Notes under the pieces: generated by a model
Database searches by the model: none
What the model was told of the DNA's origin: nothing
The model's input: only the letters and a program-made list of their open reading frames with translations
Program-made: the position numbers and the translations under genes
From: a virus
Taxonomy: Duplodnaviria > Caudoviricetes
Strand: one strand, 5' to 3'
IMG/VR virus record: IMGVR_UViG_3300015050_001523
Location: 1 to 64,000 of that record
Length of the DNA: 64,000 bases
Part shown: positions 30,566-39,728 of the stretch, piece by piece
Numbering within the stretch: position 1 is the stretch's first letter
Layout: every line of letters begins with the position of its first letter

Positions 30566-31890
30566 TACTAAAAGAATATATTTTTCAATTTTTAATTGAA
30601 GGAAGAATTCAAGATGTTCAAAAAAAATATCCGAATGTAAATATTGATCTTTTGGCGAAAGGCGATCCGTCTTCGTCAAACAAGTATATTGAATGGATGG
30701 CCAAACAATTAAATTCTGATAATAATTTAGATCTTGAAGAAGTCATTACTGCTATTCAGTTATTCGATAAAATCTCAAATAGAATTCAATCAAATAAAAA
30801 AGATATTAATAATTATAAATCATTTGAAGAATTGATTAAATTGATTGATTCGGTTCCTCTTCAATCAAAAACAGCCGAAAAAAAGACTAGCAAAATTAAA
30901 GGCTCAACAAAGATTGGAGAAACTGAAGAATATTTTGTTTATAGAATTGATACACATGAAGCATGCACCTTAATGGGAAAAGGAACAAAATGGTGCATTA
31001 CAGAAAAAAATCCCTCAATGTGGAACAATTATACCAAAGGGCAAATTAAATTTTATTTTGCAATTAAGAAAAGTCCTAAAAATGACAATTTTGATAAAAT
31101 TGCAATGTCTATACCATTAGATAAAGAATTCGATAATAAAATTAGACTATTTGATGCACAAGATATTCAAATAGAAAATAATGTTGATTGGAAGGAAATT
31201 GTTGATGTTGCATTAAATAACCTTCCAGAAGTTCCTGTTTCAATTTCTCAGAAAATTGAAACAGGAAATGATGTATCAGATGAAGAAATTGCAAAATTTT
31301 TAGAGGATGATTTTTTTGATCAATATGTTTTTGCAATAGAACATCTTGGAGAAAAAAGAGTTATAAATTCATTTCAGTATGCTTGGCCAAATTCTAAATA
31401 TGGAATGCTAATGATTGGAATTTATGAAAGTCATTATGGAGATAATAATAAAAATCCAATAGATATATCTAAAAATAGAAGTGGAGAACTTTTTATAAAA
31501 GACAAATTAACTGATGACTTATTTAAATTAAGATATAAGGACCGAATTGAATATTTGAATAATTCTGGTCAAATTAGCAAAAAGACATGGCCAGCCATTG
31601 AATGGGCGAATGGAACACAAGTATGGATGATAGATGGAAAATACCATAGAAAAGACGGTCCTGCTGTTAGAAGAAATGATGGCGAAAAAAAATGGTATAT
31701 TAATGGAAAACTCCATCGAGAAGATGGACCAGCTGTTGAGAAAAAAAATGGTATAAATATATGGTATATCAATGGAGAACAACATCGTGAAGATGGTCCT
31801 GCTGTAGAATATCCAACCGGAGATAACGAATATTGGCTCCATGGAATCATTTATAGCGAAAAAGATTATTGGAAAAAGATAAATGGTTAA
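30562..31890 (+). CDS. Multidomain protein: leader, GTKWCI-motif domain, C-terminal HREDGPA repeats
   Basis: MILKEYIFQFLIE; DPS...KYIEW; HEAC..MGKGTKWCIT; three H(R)EDGPA-type repeats plus YSEKDYW. Confidence 0.85.
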   Translation: MILKEYIFQFLIEGRIQDVQKKYPNVNIDLLAKGDPSSSNKYIEWMAKQLNSDNNLDLEEVITAIQLFDKISNRIQSNKKDINNYKSFEELIKLIDSVPLQSKTAEKKTSKIKGSTKIGETEEYFVYRIDTHEACTLMGKGTKWCITEKNPSMWNNYTKGQIKFYFAIKKSPKNDNFDKIAMSIPLDKEFDNKIRLFDAQDIQIENNVDWKEIVDVALNNLPEVPVSISQKIETGNDVSDEEIAKFLEDDFFDQYVFAIEHLGEKRVINSFQYAWPNSKYGMLMIGIYESHYGDNNKNPIDISKNRSGELFIKDKLTDDLFKLRYKDRIEYLNNSGQISKKTWPAIEWANGTQVWMIDGKYHRKDGPAVRRNDGEKKWYINGKLHREDGPAVEKKNGINIWYINGEQHREDGPAVEYPTGDNEYWLHGIIYSEKDYWKKING

Positions 31891-31940
31891 ATTAAAGTCA
31901 AAATAATAAACATTTTTCATAAATAGACTAAACTATAATT

Positions 31941-32138
31941 ATGAAATTACATCAGACAGTAATCGATAAATTAGTTAGAACATACGACCTTCACGGTGGA
32001 CGCAAAGACAACAATAAGCTTATTCAAGAACTTTTAAGATTGGACCTTACTCCATATCAACAAAAAGAGAATCCAAAAGCACAAAGTTTTCTTGTCCTAA
32101 CCGAGACTTTGGTCGCTGCGCAACAAGCAAAAAAATAA
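31941..32138 (+). CDS. Small hypothetical protein
   Basis: 65-aa ORF in operon. Confidence 0.7.
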   Translation: MKLHQTVIDKLVRTYDLHGGRKDNNKLIQELLRLDLTPYQQKENPKAQSFLVLTETLVAAQQAKK

Positions 32139-32146
32139 AGAGATAA

Positions 32147-32626
32147 ATGTCCAAATTATATACAATTGGACAGATTTTATATATTATCTCTCCAAAAACC
32201 CAAACAGTAATTCCTGTACAAGTGCAGGAAATAAATCAAAAGACGACTATTGAAGGAGAGAAAATTTCCTTTTTGGTAAGGGAGCCTGAAGGGAAATCTC
32301 TTTATAATTTAGATGAAATTGATGGGCAAGTTTTTACTAGTCCTTCTGACGTTGCAAAAACATTAAAGGAAAATGTCAATAAGTCAATAGATCAAATGAT
32401 TTCAAATGCTTGTGAATTGGCAAAGAAAAAATTTGACGCTCCTTCTGAATCAGAAAACCATATAATGGTAAAAACAAAACCTTCGCCACCGCCATTGCCA
32501 ATTCCTCAAATTCAAGAACTTAAATCAAATGAAAAAATTGCGGAAGTAGAAGTCATTGGGCACGATGGGAAAACTCATCTTCAAAAACAAAAAATTAGAA
32601 TTCATCCAAATAGCTTGACAATGTAA
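32147..32626 (+). CDS. Hypothetical protein
   Basis: 159 aa, followed by a terminator. Confidence 0.8.
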   Translation: MSKLYTIGQILYIISPKTQTVIPVQVQEINQKTTIEGEKISFLVREPEGKSLYNLDEIDGQVFTSPSDVAKTLKENVNKSIDQMISNACELAKKKFDAPSESENHIMVKTKPSPPPLPIPQIQELKSNEKIAEVEVIGHDGKTHLQKQKIRIHPNSLTM

Positions 32627-32646
32627 AATCTTATTTTATTAATTAA

Positions 32647-32670
32647 AATAACCGGCAAATGCCGGTTATT
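32647..32670. terminator. Bidirectional terminator
   Basis: AATAACCGGCA-AA-TGCCGGTTATT between convergent genes. Confidence 0.75.
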
Positions 32671-32691
32671 TGTTTTTAATCAATTCTAAAT

Positions 32692-33513
32692 TTAGAATCC
32701 TTTAACTTTCCAACTATATTCTATACCTTTTCCATTTATTTCATCCCAAATTTGAGGAATTGGGGTTCCATCACCGACTCTCCATCCTACAGGACCACAA
32801 GAAAGGCCATACTTCTTCATAAGATATATTGCAACACCTTTCCATATTCTTTCTCCAGGATCTGAAACGCGAGAATCGTCTCCTTGTCTATGTGCATGAA
32901 TGAATTCAATCTTTCCTCCATGCTCTGCAACAAGATTTATATAGTATTCGCAAAGATGAATGGCTGCCAGTATCTGTCGATCAGAAACCGGTCTAAATAA
33001 GTCCTCATAGGTTTTGCCAGCAGCCCTTTCTTCTTTAGAAAGGCCAAAAGATTTTGGCTCGCCTATAACTCCTGGCTCCCTCCCAGAGATTTCAACTCCA
33101 ATATCCCATTTATTTAATGCATGTCCATGACTCATTATTAATGTTGGATCATTCAGAAGAACAATATCTGCATTTTTGATAATGGCTCCATGAGAAGGAA
33201 TATTGATGCAGGTTTCTGGTTTAATAATATGAACGGCCATTTGATGTAATGTTATTCCCTTAACATTTTTCCATTCTCTTTTGCCGTCAGGAAGCCCTCT
33301 CTCTTTTGTTCTTTTGGCCTTTCTTAAATCATGAAAAACAAATTCTTCTTTTTCATCTTTGGCACCAACTTCTTCATCGTCGTCATCGGCTTCAATTGAA
33401 TTTATTGGTCTTGGTTTAAAATTCAATTCTTCTTTTGGTTCAACAATCTTGTTATCGATTTTTTGTTGTGGAAAATATCCTTTTATTTTGTCTAAAAGAC
33501 TTTGATTTGTCAT
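32692..33513 (-). CDS. N-acetylmuramoyl-L-alanine amidase (Amidase_2-type), probable endolysin
   Basis: GITLHQ, HG...NKWDIGVEISG, QILAAIHL, IHAHRQ...SDPG Zn-amidase pattern; charged N-terminal extension. Confidence 0.82.
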   Translation of the reverse strand: MTNQSLLDKIKGYFPQQKIDNKIVEPKEELNFKPRPINSIEADDDDEEVGAKDEKEEFVFHDLRKAKRTKERGLPDGKREWKNVKGITLHQMAVHIIKPETCINIPSHGAIIKNADIVLLNDPTLIMSHGHALNKWDIGVEISGREPGVIGEPKSFGLSKEERAAGKTYEDLFRPVSDRQILAAIHLCEYYINLVAEHGGKIEFIHAHRQGDDSRVSDPGERIWKGVAIYLMKKYGLSCGPVGWRVGDGTPIPQIWDEINGKGIEYSWKVKGF

Positions 33514-33561
33514 ACTTTTATAAATATGCCGAATATGGTAATATTTAAAGTACAGGACATC

Positions 33562-33744
33562 ATGAAAACACCATTAAATGAAATAGAACAAGATAGTTTA
33601 AGAAATCGTGGAATTTTAGGACAAAATGAAATTGCATATCGTGAAAACAATTTTACATATGCAGAAGATGTTCTTTCCTCTAAAAGAAGAATGATCAACA
33701 CTTCAAATATCGTAAACGAAGGCAAAAATCTTCTTTTGGGCTAG
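33562..33744 (+). CDS. Small hypothetical protein
   Basis: Start refined to MKTPLNE (AGGA SD). Confidence 0.65.
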   Translation: MKTPLNEIEQDSLRNRGILGQNEIAYRENNFTYAEDVLSSKRRMINTSNIVNEGKNLLLG

Positions 33745-33776
33745 AGAACCATGTTTAGATGTGGTACAATCATCGC

Positions 33777-35021
33777 ATGTCGTTTAAAGAACGAATAAAA
33801 AATTTCGATTGGAAACAAAATTTTCTACATTTATTAGAGATTGCTTCAGATGCAAGTGAGGTTTTAATTCATTTAAGAGATGATCCAAAACCTTCTGATT
33901 ATGTTTCAATCTCATTAAAAGTTGCGAATTCATGGTTTCATCATTCTGAAAAAATTAAAGGTCACCCTTTTAAGGGATGGCATTTAGTTGAAATTTGGGA
34001 ATATAAAGATTTCTTATATGATATTTCTAAAAGAAATTATCCAAATAAAATTGTTAGAGATAGTAATGACATTAAATCATTAATTATAGAAATTGATGGA
34101 ATTAAATTTGGATGGGAGGATTTTGGAAGTGGAGAAGGGATAAATGGTCCTTATGTCCAAAATCATATTGAACGAGAAACATATATGAAAGTTCTCGGAA
34201 AAATGGTTTGGGAAAATATTGGAACATCATCTTGCGAATTGGGAAAAAAGAAAGGAATTGTTGAAGATGTTTGGGAAGCAGGTGTTTCTGTATTCCGCCC
34301 AGATCGTCAAGAGAATGTTCACAAAAGCCAAGTTGCCGAAGGAATTCTTGAGCGATCAAAAAAATTCTTAGAAAAAGGATATAACAGAAGCATCATGCTT
34401 TATGGAGATCCTGGAACCGGGAAAAGTAGTGCAATGAGATATATTGCAAGAGAATTTGGAAAAAATTCTCTTAGAATAAATGTTGGAGATTTAGATCATT
34501 TGAACCCAGAAGATATTCTTTTGGCGATTGAATTATTAAATCCTTCAACGCTAATGATTGATGATTTTGATCGAACTCAAAACTCAACAAAATTGCTAAG
34601 TGCTCTTGAAGGGTTTAATAATACCCTTCAATTATTAATGGTTTCTGTAAATGATGTTCAAAGCTTAGAGCCTGCTGTTATTAGGCCAGGAAGATTTGAT
34701 GATATTATTGAAGTAAAAACTCTTGATGAAAACATTATTAATGAATTAATTGGTGATGGACTTCCTGAAAAAATCAGAGATCGATTAAAAAGGCTTCCAA
34801 TAGCTTTCATTGTTGATTTCCACAAAAGAAGAGAGGTTTTGGGATTGGAAGAATCACTAAAAGAAGTTGTTGAACTTGAAAAAAGACTTAGGAAAATAGA
34901 TTCTTCAATTAATGGAGAACTCGCTCCGGCTCAGATTGAAAAGAAGAAAAAGAAGAAAAATAAATTTAAATTGTTATTAAATGAAAATGGAAATATAAAG
35001 GAAGTTTTTGATGAAGAATGA
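33777..35021 (+). CDS. AAA+ ATPase (BCS1-like)
   Basis: GDPGTGKS, LMIDDFD, IRPGRFD; TGnTACAAT 6 nt before ATG 33777. Confidence 0.9.
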   Translation: MSFKERIKNFDWKQNFLHLLEIASDASEVLIHLRDDPKPSDYVSISLKVANSWFHHSEKIKGHPFKGWHLVEIWEYKDFLYDISKRNYPNKIVRDSNDIKSLIIEIDGIKFGWEDFGSGEGINGPYVQNHIERETYMKVLGKMVWENIGTSSCELGKKKGIVEDVWEAGVSVFRPDRQENVHKSQVAEGILERSKKFLEKGYNRSIMLYGDPGTGKSSAMRYIAREFGKNSLRINVGDLDHLNPEDILLAIELLNPSTLMIDDFDRTQNSTKLLSALEGFNNTLQLLMVSVNDVQSLEPAVIRPGRFDDIIEVKTLDENIINELIGDGLPEKIRDRLKRLPIAFIVDFHKRREVLGLEESLKEVVELEKRLRKIDSSINGELAPAQIEKKKKKKNKFKLLLNENGNIKEVFDEE

Positions 35022-35340
35022 AGTCAAAATTCCAATGAAAATGAAGCTTATTATAGCAATGAGAATAGAGGGAGTTATTCTTTATACCTTTTTTTCAAGT
35101 TTGGGCATTTCCTTAGCTTCTTTTAGCTTGGCAGGACATTCTATATTTTCCTTATTGGCTTTATGTTCTGCGACTTCTATTTCGGCATTTTTATCTGTTT
35201 CTTTATTCTTATTGTCCTATTGGCAAAAGGTAAAAATAAAAAATAAAAAAGAAATTGAATTTCCTTTCTTGCCAGTCATTCTGCCAGATATTGATATAGA
35301 AATTGTCCCTTTGAGTAAAAATGAAGACAAGAAACAATAA
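35008..35340 (+). CDS. Membrane protein (two TM helices)
   Basis: Long hydrophobic stretches. Confidence 0.7.
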   Translation: MMKNEVKIPMKMKLIIAMRIEGVILYTFFSSLGISLASFSLAGHSIFSLLALCSATSISAFLSVSLFLLSYWQKVKIKNKKEIEFPFLPVILPDIDIEIVPLSKNEDKKQ

Positions 35341-35638
35341 TGTTGAGCTAATAAATAAATGGTTGGCTTGGCTTACTTCGCCAGATCACGGGTTTACATC
35401 TCATCAGATAGGTCGGGCTCAAGAGCTATGGGATAGCGTGCCAGTCTTTTTTCAGGGCCCACCTTCAGCAATGGCGGGCGAGGATAAATGCCTCTGCCTT
35501 ACTTGGCGCACAGATCCTTGGACATTATCGATTGAAATTGATCAAGAAGGACTTCCTTCTTGGTTTGCTTACAATACTACAGATCAACAGTATTTTGAGA
35601 CAGAAGCTGAAATCCGTAATTTGTTTGTTAGTCAATGA
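35321..35638 (+). CDS. Hypothetical protein
   Basis: 105 aa, GC-richer than its neighbours. Confidence 0.7.
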   Translation: MKTRNNNVELINKWLAWLTSPDHGFTSHQIGRAQELWDSVPVFFQGPPSAMAGEDKCLCLTWRTDPWTLSIEIDQEGLPSWFAYNTTDQQYFETEAEIRNLFVSQ

Positions 35639-35674
35639 CCTTGAGTTTCAATTGGTTTTATGATATGGTGAACT

Positions 35675-36445
35675 ATGGACATGCAAAAATATCCAAGGAC
35701 TCCTCATTTACCATGGTCCGAAGGAGCCACGTCGGATGATAAAATATTAAAATCAATTAATCATTTTATTGGGCAAGAAGTTGTTGTAACAGAAAAACTT
35801 GATGGGGAGAATACATCAATTTATTCTGATGGAAAAACCCATGCAAGATCGTTGTCTTCAGCCTCTCATCCTTCAAGAAACTGGGTTCGGCAACTTGCCG
35901 CAGAAATTGCATATAAAATTCCTTCAAATATTCAAATTGTTGGAGAAAATCTATATGCAAAACATAGCATATATTATTCTCAGCTTCCAAGCTATTTCAT
36001 ATGCTATGGTGCATTTATTGAAAATGAGGGCCATCCATGCGAGGAATGCAACGGCGATCGTGGAAAAATAATTGTCAGATACCAGACAGGTGCAGGTGGA
36101 GAGTCAGAATATTGGGAAGGTTGCCGTCTTTGCAATGAAACAGGAAAGCAGAATAATCAAATTTCTGCTTTAGATTGGGATTCTATTGATAGCTTATGCA
36201 AAACCTTAAATATTGAAATCGCTCCAATATTGTATCGAGGAATATGGAATGAAAAAATAATAAAAAAACTATATCCAAGAACATCAAGTTTTGGAGATAT
36301 TTCTGAAGGTTATGTTGTCAGAACAGTTTCTAGTTTTAGAAAAACAAATTTTGATAATCATGTAGCAAAATTTGTCAGAAAAGGCCATGTAACAACAGAC
36401 GAGCATTGGATGCATGGCCAAATTGTTCCAAATAAGCTTAAATGA
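35675..36445 (+). CDS. RNA ligase family protein with inserted CxxC...CxxC module
   Basis: KYPRTPHLPWS, VTEKLDGEN, GENLY, EGYVVR, VAKFVR; TTGAGT-17-TATGGT promoter upstream. Confidence 0.88.
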   Translation: MDMQKYPRTPHLPWSEGATSDDKILKSINHFIGQEVVVTEKLDGENTSIYSDGKTHARSLSSASHPSRNWVRQLAAEIAYKIPSNIQIVGENLYAKHSIYYSQLPSYFICYGAFIENEGHPCEECNGDRGKIIVRYQTGAGGESEYWEGCRLCNETGKQNNQISALDWDSIDSLCKTLNIEIAPILYRGIWNEKIIKKLYPRTSSFGDISEGYVVRTVSSFRKTNFDNHVAKFVRKGHVTTDEHWMHGQIVPNKLK

Positions 36446-36472
36446 AAATGGCCTCAATTGAGGCCATTTTCA
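36443..36472. terminator. Bidirectional terminator (perfect 30-bp palindrome)
   Basis: TGAAAATGGCCTCAATTGAGGCCATTTTCA overlapping both convergent stop codons. Confidence 0.78.
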
Positions 36473-36766
36473 AAAATCTAATGTAATGCGTTCGATTCTA
36501 TAGTTTACTCGTTGTGGTCCCCATTTGGCCTTTCGAGTAGCGGCGAAATCCCATAGCAGTCCGCCGCGATACCATTTCCATGCTGGCTCGGCCCAACCAT
36601 AATACAATCCTGGCCGCGCAATACGTGCTGAATTTTTAAATCCTTGTTCGATCCTTGTTAGTGCTTTTTCTGCCGTTGAATAAATTCCAAGAAGTTGTGA
36701 TTTATCAAAATTCCATGCATCTGGCCAAGTATGAACTTGATATACATAGGAGGAATTATTCGACAT
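36470..36766 (-). CDS. Hypothetical protein
   Basis: 98 aa in a - strand operon. Confidence 0.7.
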   Translation of the reverse strand: MSNNSSYVYQVHTWPDAWNFDKSQLLGIYSTAEKALTRIEQGFKNSARIARPGLYYGWAEPAWKWYRGGLLWDFAATRKAKWGPQRVNYRIERITLDF

Positions 36767-37265
36767 TTATTCTATAATCCTCTAAAAGAGATTCAAGAGA
36801 ACCCATAATGAAAATATGATTATTCCGTTTTTTATATTCTTTGACAGAATTTTTATATTCTTCTGAAAAGTTATGATATTTATGGTCCGAGTTATCAAGT
36901 TCATTTCCTGTAAGGGCTAATAAAATGACTCGCTCAGCATAAACTGTTATTTCAATTATTTCATTTGGAGGGATTCGGAATAAATCTCGAACATATAAGA
37001 ATTCGTCCCACGGACCAAATTCTTCAAGATTTTCTCCATAAGAATCCATGTTTTGTAGAGCTTTATCAATAATAAAGCCTTCTAAATCTTCAATATTTGG
37101 GCTGTGCCCTTCTTCAAGAAATTTGAATAAATAATTTTCAGCTAAACTTTGTACAGCTTCAATTGCAGAATTAAAAGAATCATCTGGTGGGACGCCTATA
37201 GCAACATAAGACGAATAGCTGGTCTCGGCATATCCCATATGCATTATAATTGTATTTGTTTTCAT
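36756..37265 (-). CDS. Hypothetical protein
   Basis: 169 aa, overlapping coupling. Confidence 0.75.
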   Translation of the reverse strand: MKTNTIIMHMGYAETSYSSYVAIGVPPDDSFNSAIEAVQSLAENYLFKFLEEGHSPNIEDLEGFIIDKALQNMDSYGENLEEFGPWDEFLYVRDLFRIPPNEIIEITVYAERVILLALTGNELDNSDHKYHNFSEEYKNSVKEYKKRNNHIFIMGSLESLLEDYRINVE

Positions 37266-37480
37266 GGAACCTCGATTTGCTCGACCAACTTAGCATAGCC
37301 TTGCTGTTCCACCATAAACTTGACAAAGCCTGGAGTGTTTGTCTCACCGATGATTCGGCCTTTGTCGTCTAGGTCTTCTGACATGTTTTCAACAGGTGAC
37401 ATTGGCAGCATCGCCAATGTGGCTTTTGTAGCCTTGACGCAGTCAGGTTCAATATTGTGTGGTGTAATTGCGATCTTCAT
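37262..37480 (-). CDS. Small hypothetical protein
   Basis: 72 aa, ATGA-coupled on both sides. Confidence 0.7.
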   Translation of the reverse strand: MKIAITPHNIEPDCVKATKATLAMLPMSPVENMSEDLDDKGRIIGETNTPGFVKFMVEQQGYAKLVEQIEVP

Positions 37481-37929
37481 TCTTCTCCTTTTGAATTTTT
37501 TATTTCTTGGCGTACTTGCATAAGAATTTTTCCAAGACGATTATCTCCAACGCCTTTGCAGATTCCCCAATAAACATCTCCCCAATTATTTCCTTCTTCA
37601 ATTTCTAAATCTTTTGTTCCAAGTAATAAAACTTGATACATTGAATCATTTTGATATTTTTGGCGAGTTAAATCAAGCATTACCGACTCTTTAATCTCCT
37701 CCCAATCAGGACGCATTGTTATTTTGCGCCCTTCGCGCTTCGCCTGGCCAGGAGACGCGAGTTGTTGAATTTTCTCTCTTTCAGATAGATTTAATGTTTT
37801 TGCAGCCTGATAAGCATGTTCAGTAGATGGATATTCAACACCATCTAAAGTTACTTTGACAGGTGCAAAATTAGAAAGCCATCTATAATTTCCGCTAAAA
37901 GATTCAATTTTAGTAATTTCAGTTTTCAT
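37477..37929 (-). CDS. NADAR (YbiA-like) N-glycosidase
   Basis: WLSNF, YPSTEHAYQAAK, AKREGR, WEEIKESVM, EGN.WGD.YWG, NRLGKILMQVR. Confidence 0.93.
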   Translation of the reverse strand: MKTEITKIESFSGNYRWLSNFAPVKVTLDGVEYPSTEHAYQAAKTLNLSEREKIQQLASPGQAKREGRKITMRPDWEEIKESVMLDLTRQKYQNDSMYQVLLLGTKDLEIEEGNNWGDVYWGICKGVGDNRLGKILMQVRQEIKNSKGEE

Positions 37930-38049
37930 TTTTCTCTCTTTTTAGTCTTCAAATTCAAGAACTGTTAATTCTTTTGGATCAACAAGAATCTTGATAGTTT
38001 TCAGTTAGATTGGCGCATGTTTGATATTGTTCTAAAAAACATTGATCAT

Positions 38050-38331
38050 TCATGTTTTGAAGAGCCCACTTTCAGAACACCATTTGTCAAACGCCTTTTT
38101 ACGCTCAATCTCGCTGGTGGCGTACCCTACATTCTCATGTGGATATATGGTTTGTGTTTTGATGATTTCAAGGAGCCCATCCAGATTTGACCATTTATAA
38201 TGTCCGTAATACCTAATGATGTATGAGTGTATACTGCGATTCGCATCCGCTGCGCAGCGGGATGGATAGGTTCGATGGGCTGACCCACAGATGGGACATT
38301 TTAGTCGTTTTGTGGTCTCATTCATGCTCAT
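38050..38331 (-). CDS. Hypothetical protein with CxxC
   Basis: 93 aa, CPICG. Confidence 0.65.
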   Translation of the reverse strand: MSMNETTKRLKCPICGSAHRTYPSRCAADANRSIHSYIIRYYGHYKWSNLDGLLEIIKTQTIYPHENVGYATSEIERKKAFDKWCSESGLFKT

Positions 38332-38635
38332 GTTTTAAATCTCGTGCAACAGATGAAAAAATATCAAATTCACTCATTGCATGCTTAAATGGATGTTCTT
38401 CTTCATGAGTATAAGAATAGCACTTAAGAGAAAAGACAACGATTGGCTGCCCTTTTTTATCTGCTACTGCTGCAATTGCTGATGGGGCAGCAACCCCAAA
38501 TTTAGACTTCCATTTAATTGAAAGAATGTCTTTGATATCATCAGGAACTTTTGGCAGCTCCATTTCCTGAAGAGTTTCAACAGGAAGGTTTTGAGTGGTA
38601 TGATCAAAGTGGCCTTGGTTTAGTAGGGCGAGCAT
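38318..38635 (-). CDS. Hypothetical protein
   Basis: 105 aa directly downstream of a sigma70-like promoter. Confidence 0.75.
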   Translation of the reverse strand: MLALLNQGHFDHTTQNLPVETLQEMELPKVPDDIKDILSIKWKSKFGVAAPSAIAAVADKKGQPIVVFSLKCYSYTHEEEHPFKHAMSEFDIFSSVARDLKHEHE

Positions 38636-38641
38636 GATTAA

Positions 38642-38669
38642 AGGATAGCCCAGTTTAGCCCGATGTCAA
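38642..38669 (-). promoter_or_regulatory. Sigma70-type promoter TTGACA-16-TATCCT
   Basis: -10 ends 6 nt before ATG 38635. Confidence 0.55.
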
Positions 38670-38676
38670 GCCCCAT

Positions 38677-39126
38677 CTACGGGTTTAAAAATCCAAAATC
38701 CTTCATCATAGAGTCTATAAGCGGCCTAGCTTCAAATATAAATGTTTCAAATCCATTATGAAGAGGAAGTCTTCCTCCATATAGCTGGGAGATGGTAAAC
38801 CATTCTGCTTCAATATTTTCATCATCAAGGATTGGTTCAAATTCCTGCGGGCAAATACCAATAAAGTTCGTGTAAGAAAAATTCTTCATAGGATTTTCAT
38901 GAGTATACCCTTTTAAAAGGATAAGCGGCCCATCATACCCTGTTTCTTCTTCAAATTCTCGAATTGCTCCTTCTGCGCGGTTTTCTCCCCAACAAAGAAA
39001 CCCTCCAATTGTAGAATATACTCCTTCCTTTCTTAAGGCAAGAAGAAATCGGCCAGAATCCATAGCAAAAGTCAGAATACCTGCTGCTTTATTTTTATTA
39101 TCAACATTTGGTTCTATATATCTCAT
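38677..39126 (-). CDS. Nudix hydrolase
   Basis: GG....GE....GAIREFEEETGY. Confidence 0.88.
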   Translation of the reverse strand: MRYIEPNVDNKNKAAGILTFAMDSGRFLLALRKEGVYSTIGGFLCWGENRAEGAIREFEEETGYDGPLILLKGYTHENPMKNFSYTNFIGICPQEFEPILDDENIEAEWFTISQLYGGRLPLHNGFETFIFEARPLIDSMMKDFGFLNP

Positions 39127-39141
39127 TATTTATAGATATTG

Positions 39142-39399
39142 TCAAAAATTGTTTATTTTTATAACCATTTCAATTCTCATAACCCCATTAAAAATAAGAT
39201 AATTCTCAATTATAGATTTAAGAGATTTCCTCTTTTTGATTTCTTCCCAATATCCTTGCTCTGTAAAAGGATGACTATCTAAATAATAAACATTCATATT
39301 ACCAGGCCATTCAACAGCAGGACCGTCTTCTCGGTGAAGTTTATTATTTAAATAATGACGCTTTGTTCCAATGGCATCAATAATTAATCCATTTTTCAT
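39142..39399 (-). CDS. HREDGPA-repeat protein (single repeat)
   Basis: MKNGLIID...LHREDGPAVEW...YWEEIKKRKSL. Confidence 0.85.
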   Translation of the reverse strand: MKNGLIIDAIGTKRHYLNNKLHREDGPAVEWPGNMNVYYLDSHPFTEQGYWEEIKKRKSLKSIIENYLIFNGVMRIEMVIKINNF

Positions 39400-39418
39400 T
39401 AGATAATTCCTTTGTTAG

Positions 39419-39447
39419 TTTATAGCATTTTAAAATTTGGAAGTCAA
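39419..39447 (-). promoter_or_regulatory. Sigma70-type promoter TTGACT-17-TATAAA
   Basis: Upstream of an AAGGA SD and ATG 39399. Confidence 0.55.
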
Positions 39448-39455
39448 CAAATTTT

Positions 39456-39710
39456 TCAGATCTTTACAAGACAAGATTGGTCAATTTCAATAATTTCTTT
39501 ACCAACCACAACTTCATACCTATAAAGAACTCCAATTGAATTAAAGTCTTTTATTTCTTCTTTTTCAATAACATTCAAAATAATAGCTAATCGATTGTTT
39601 CTTCCGGCTTGCCGTTCATTTAGTTCTTTTTTTCTTTTTAATTCTGAACTATAATCTATTTTTACAAGTTCTCCAACACAAAACTTAAGATCTTCTTTCC
39701 TTGATGACAT
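39456..39710 (-). CDS. Small hypothetical protein (SH3-like pattern)
   Basis: FCVGELVKI...AIIL...YEVVVG. Confidence 0.7.
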   Translation of the reverse strand: MSSRKEDLKFCVGELVKIDYSSELKRKKELNERQAGRNNRLAIILNVIEKEEIKDFNSIGVLYRYEVVVGKEIIEIDQSCLVKI

Positions 39711-39728
39711 ATGGTATAATAGGCTATT

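Noticed and set aside
37930-38053. Possible frameshifted small gene upstream of NADAR
   Set aside because: Fragments are too short to support by eye
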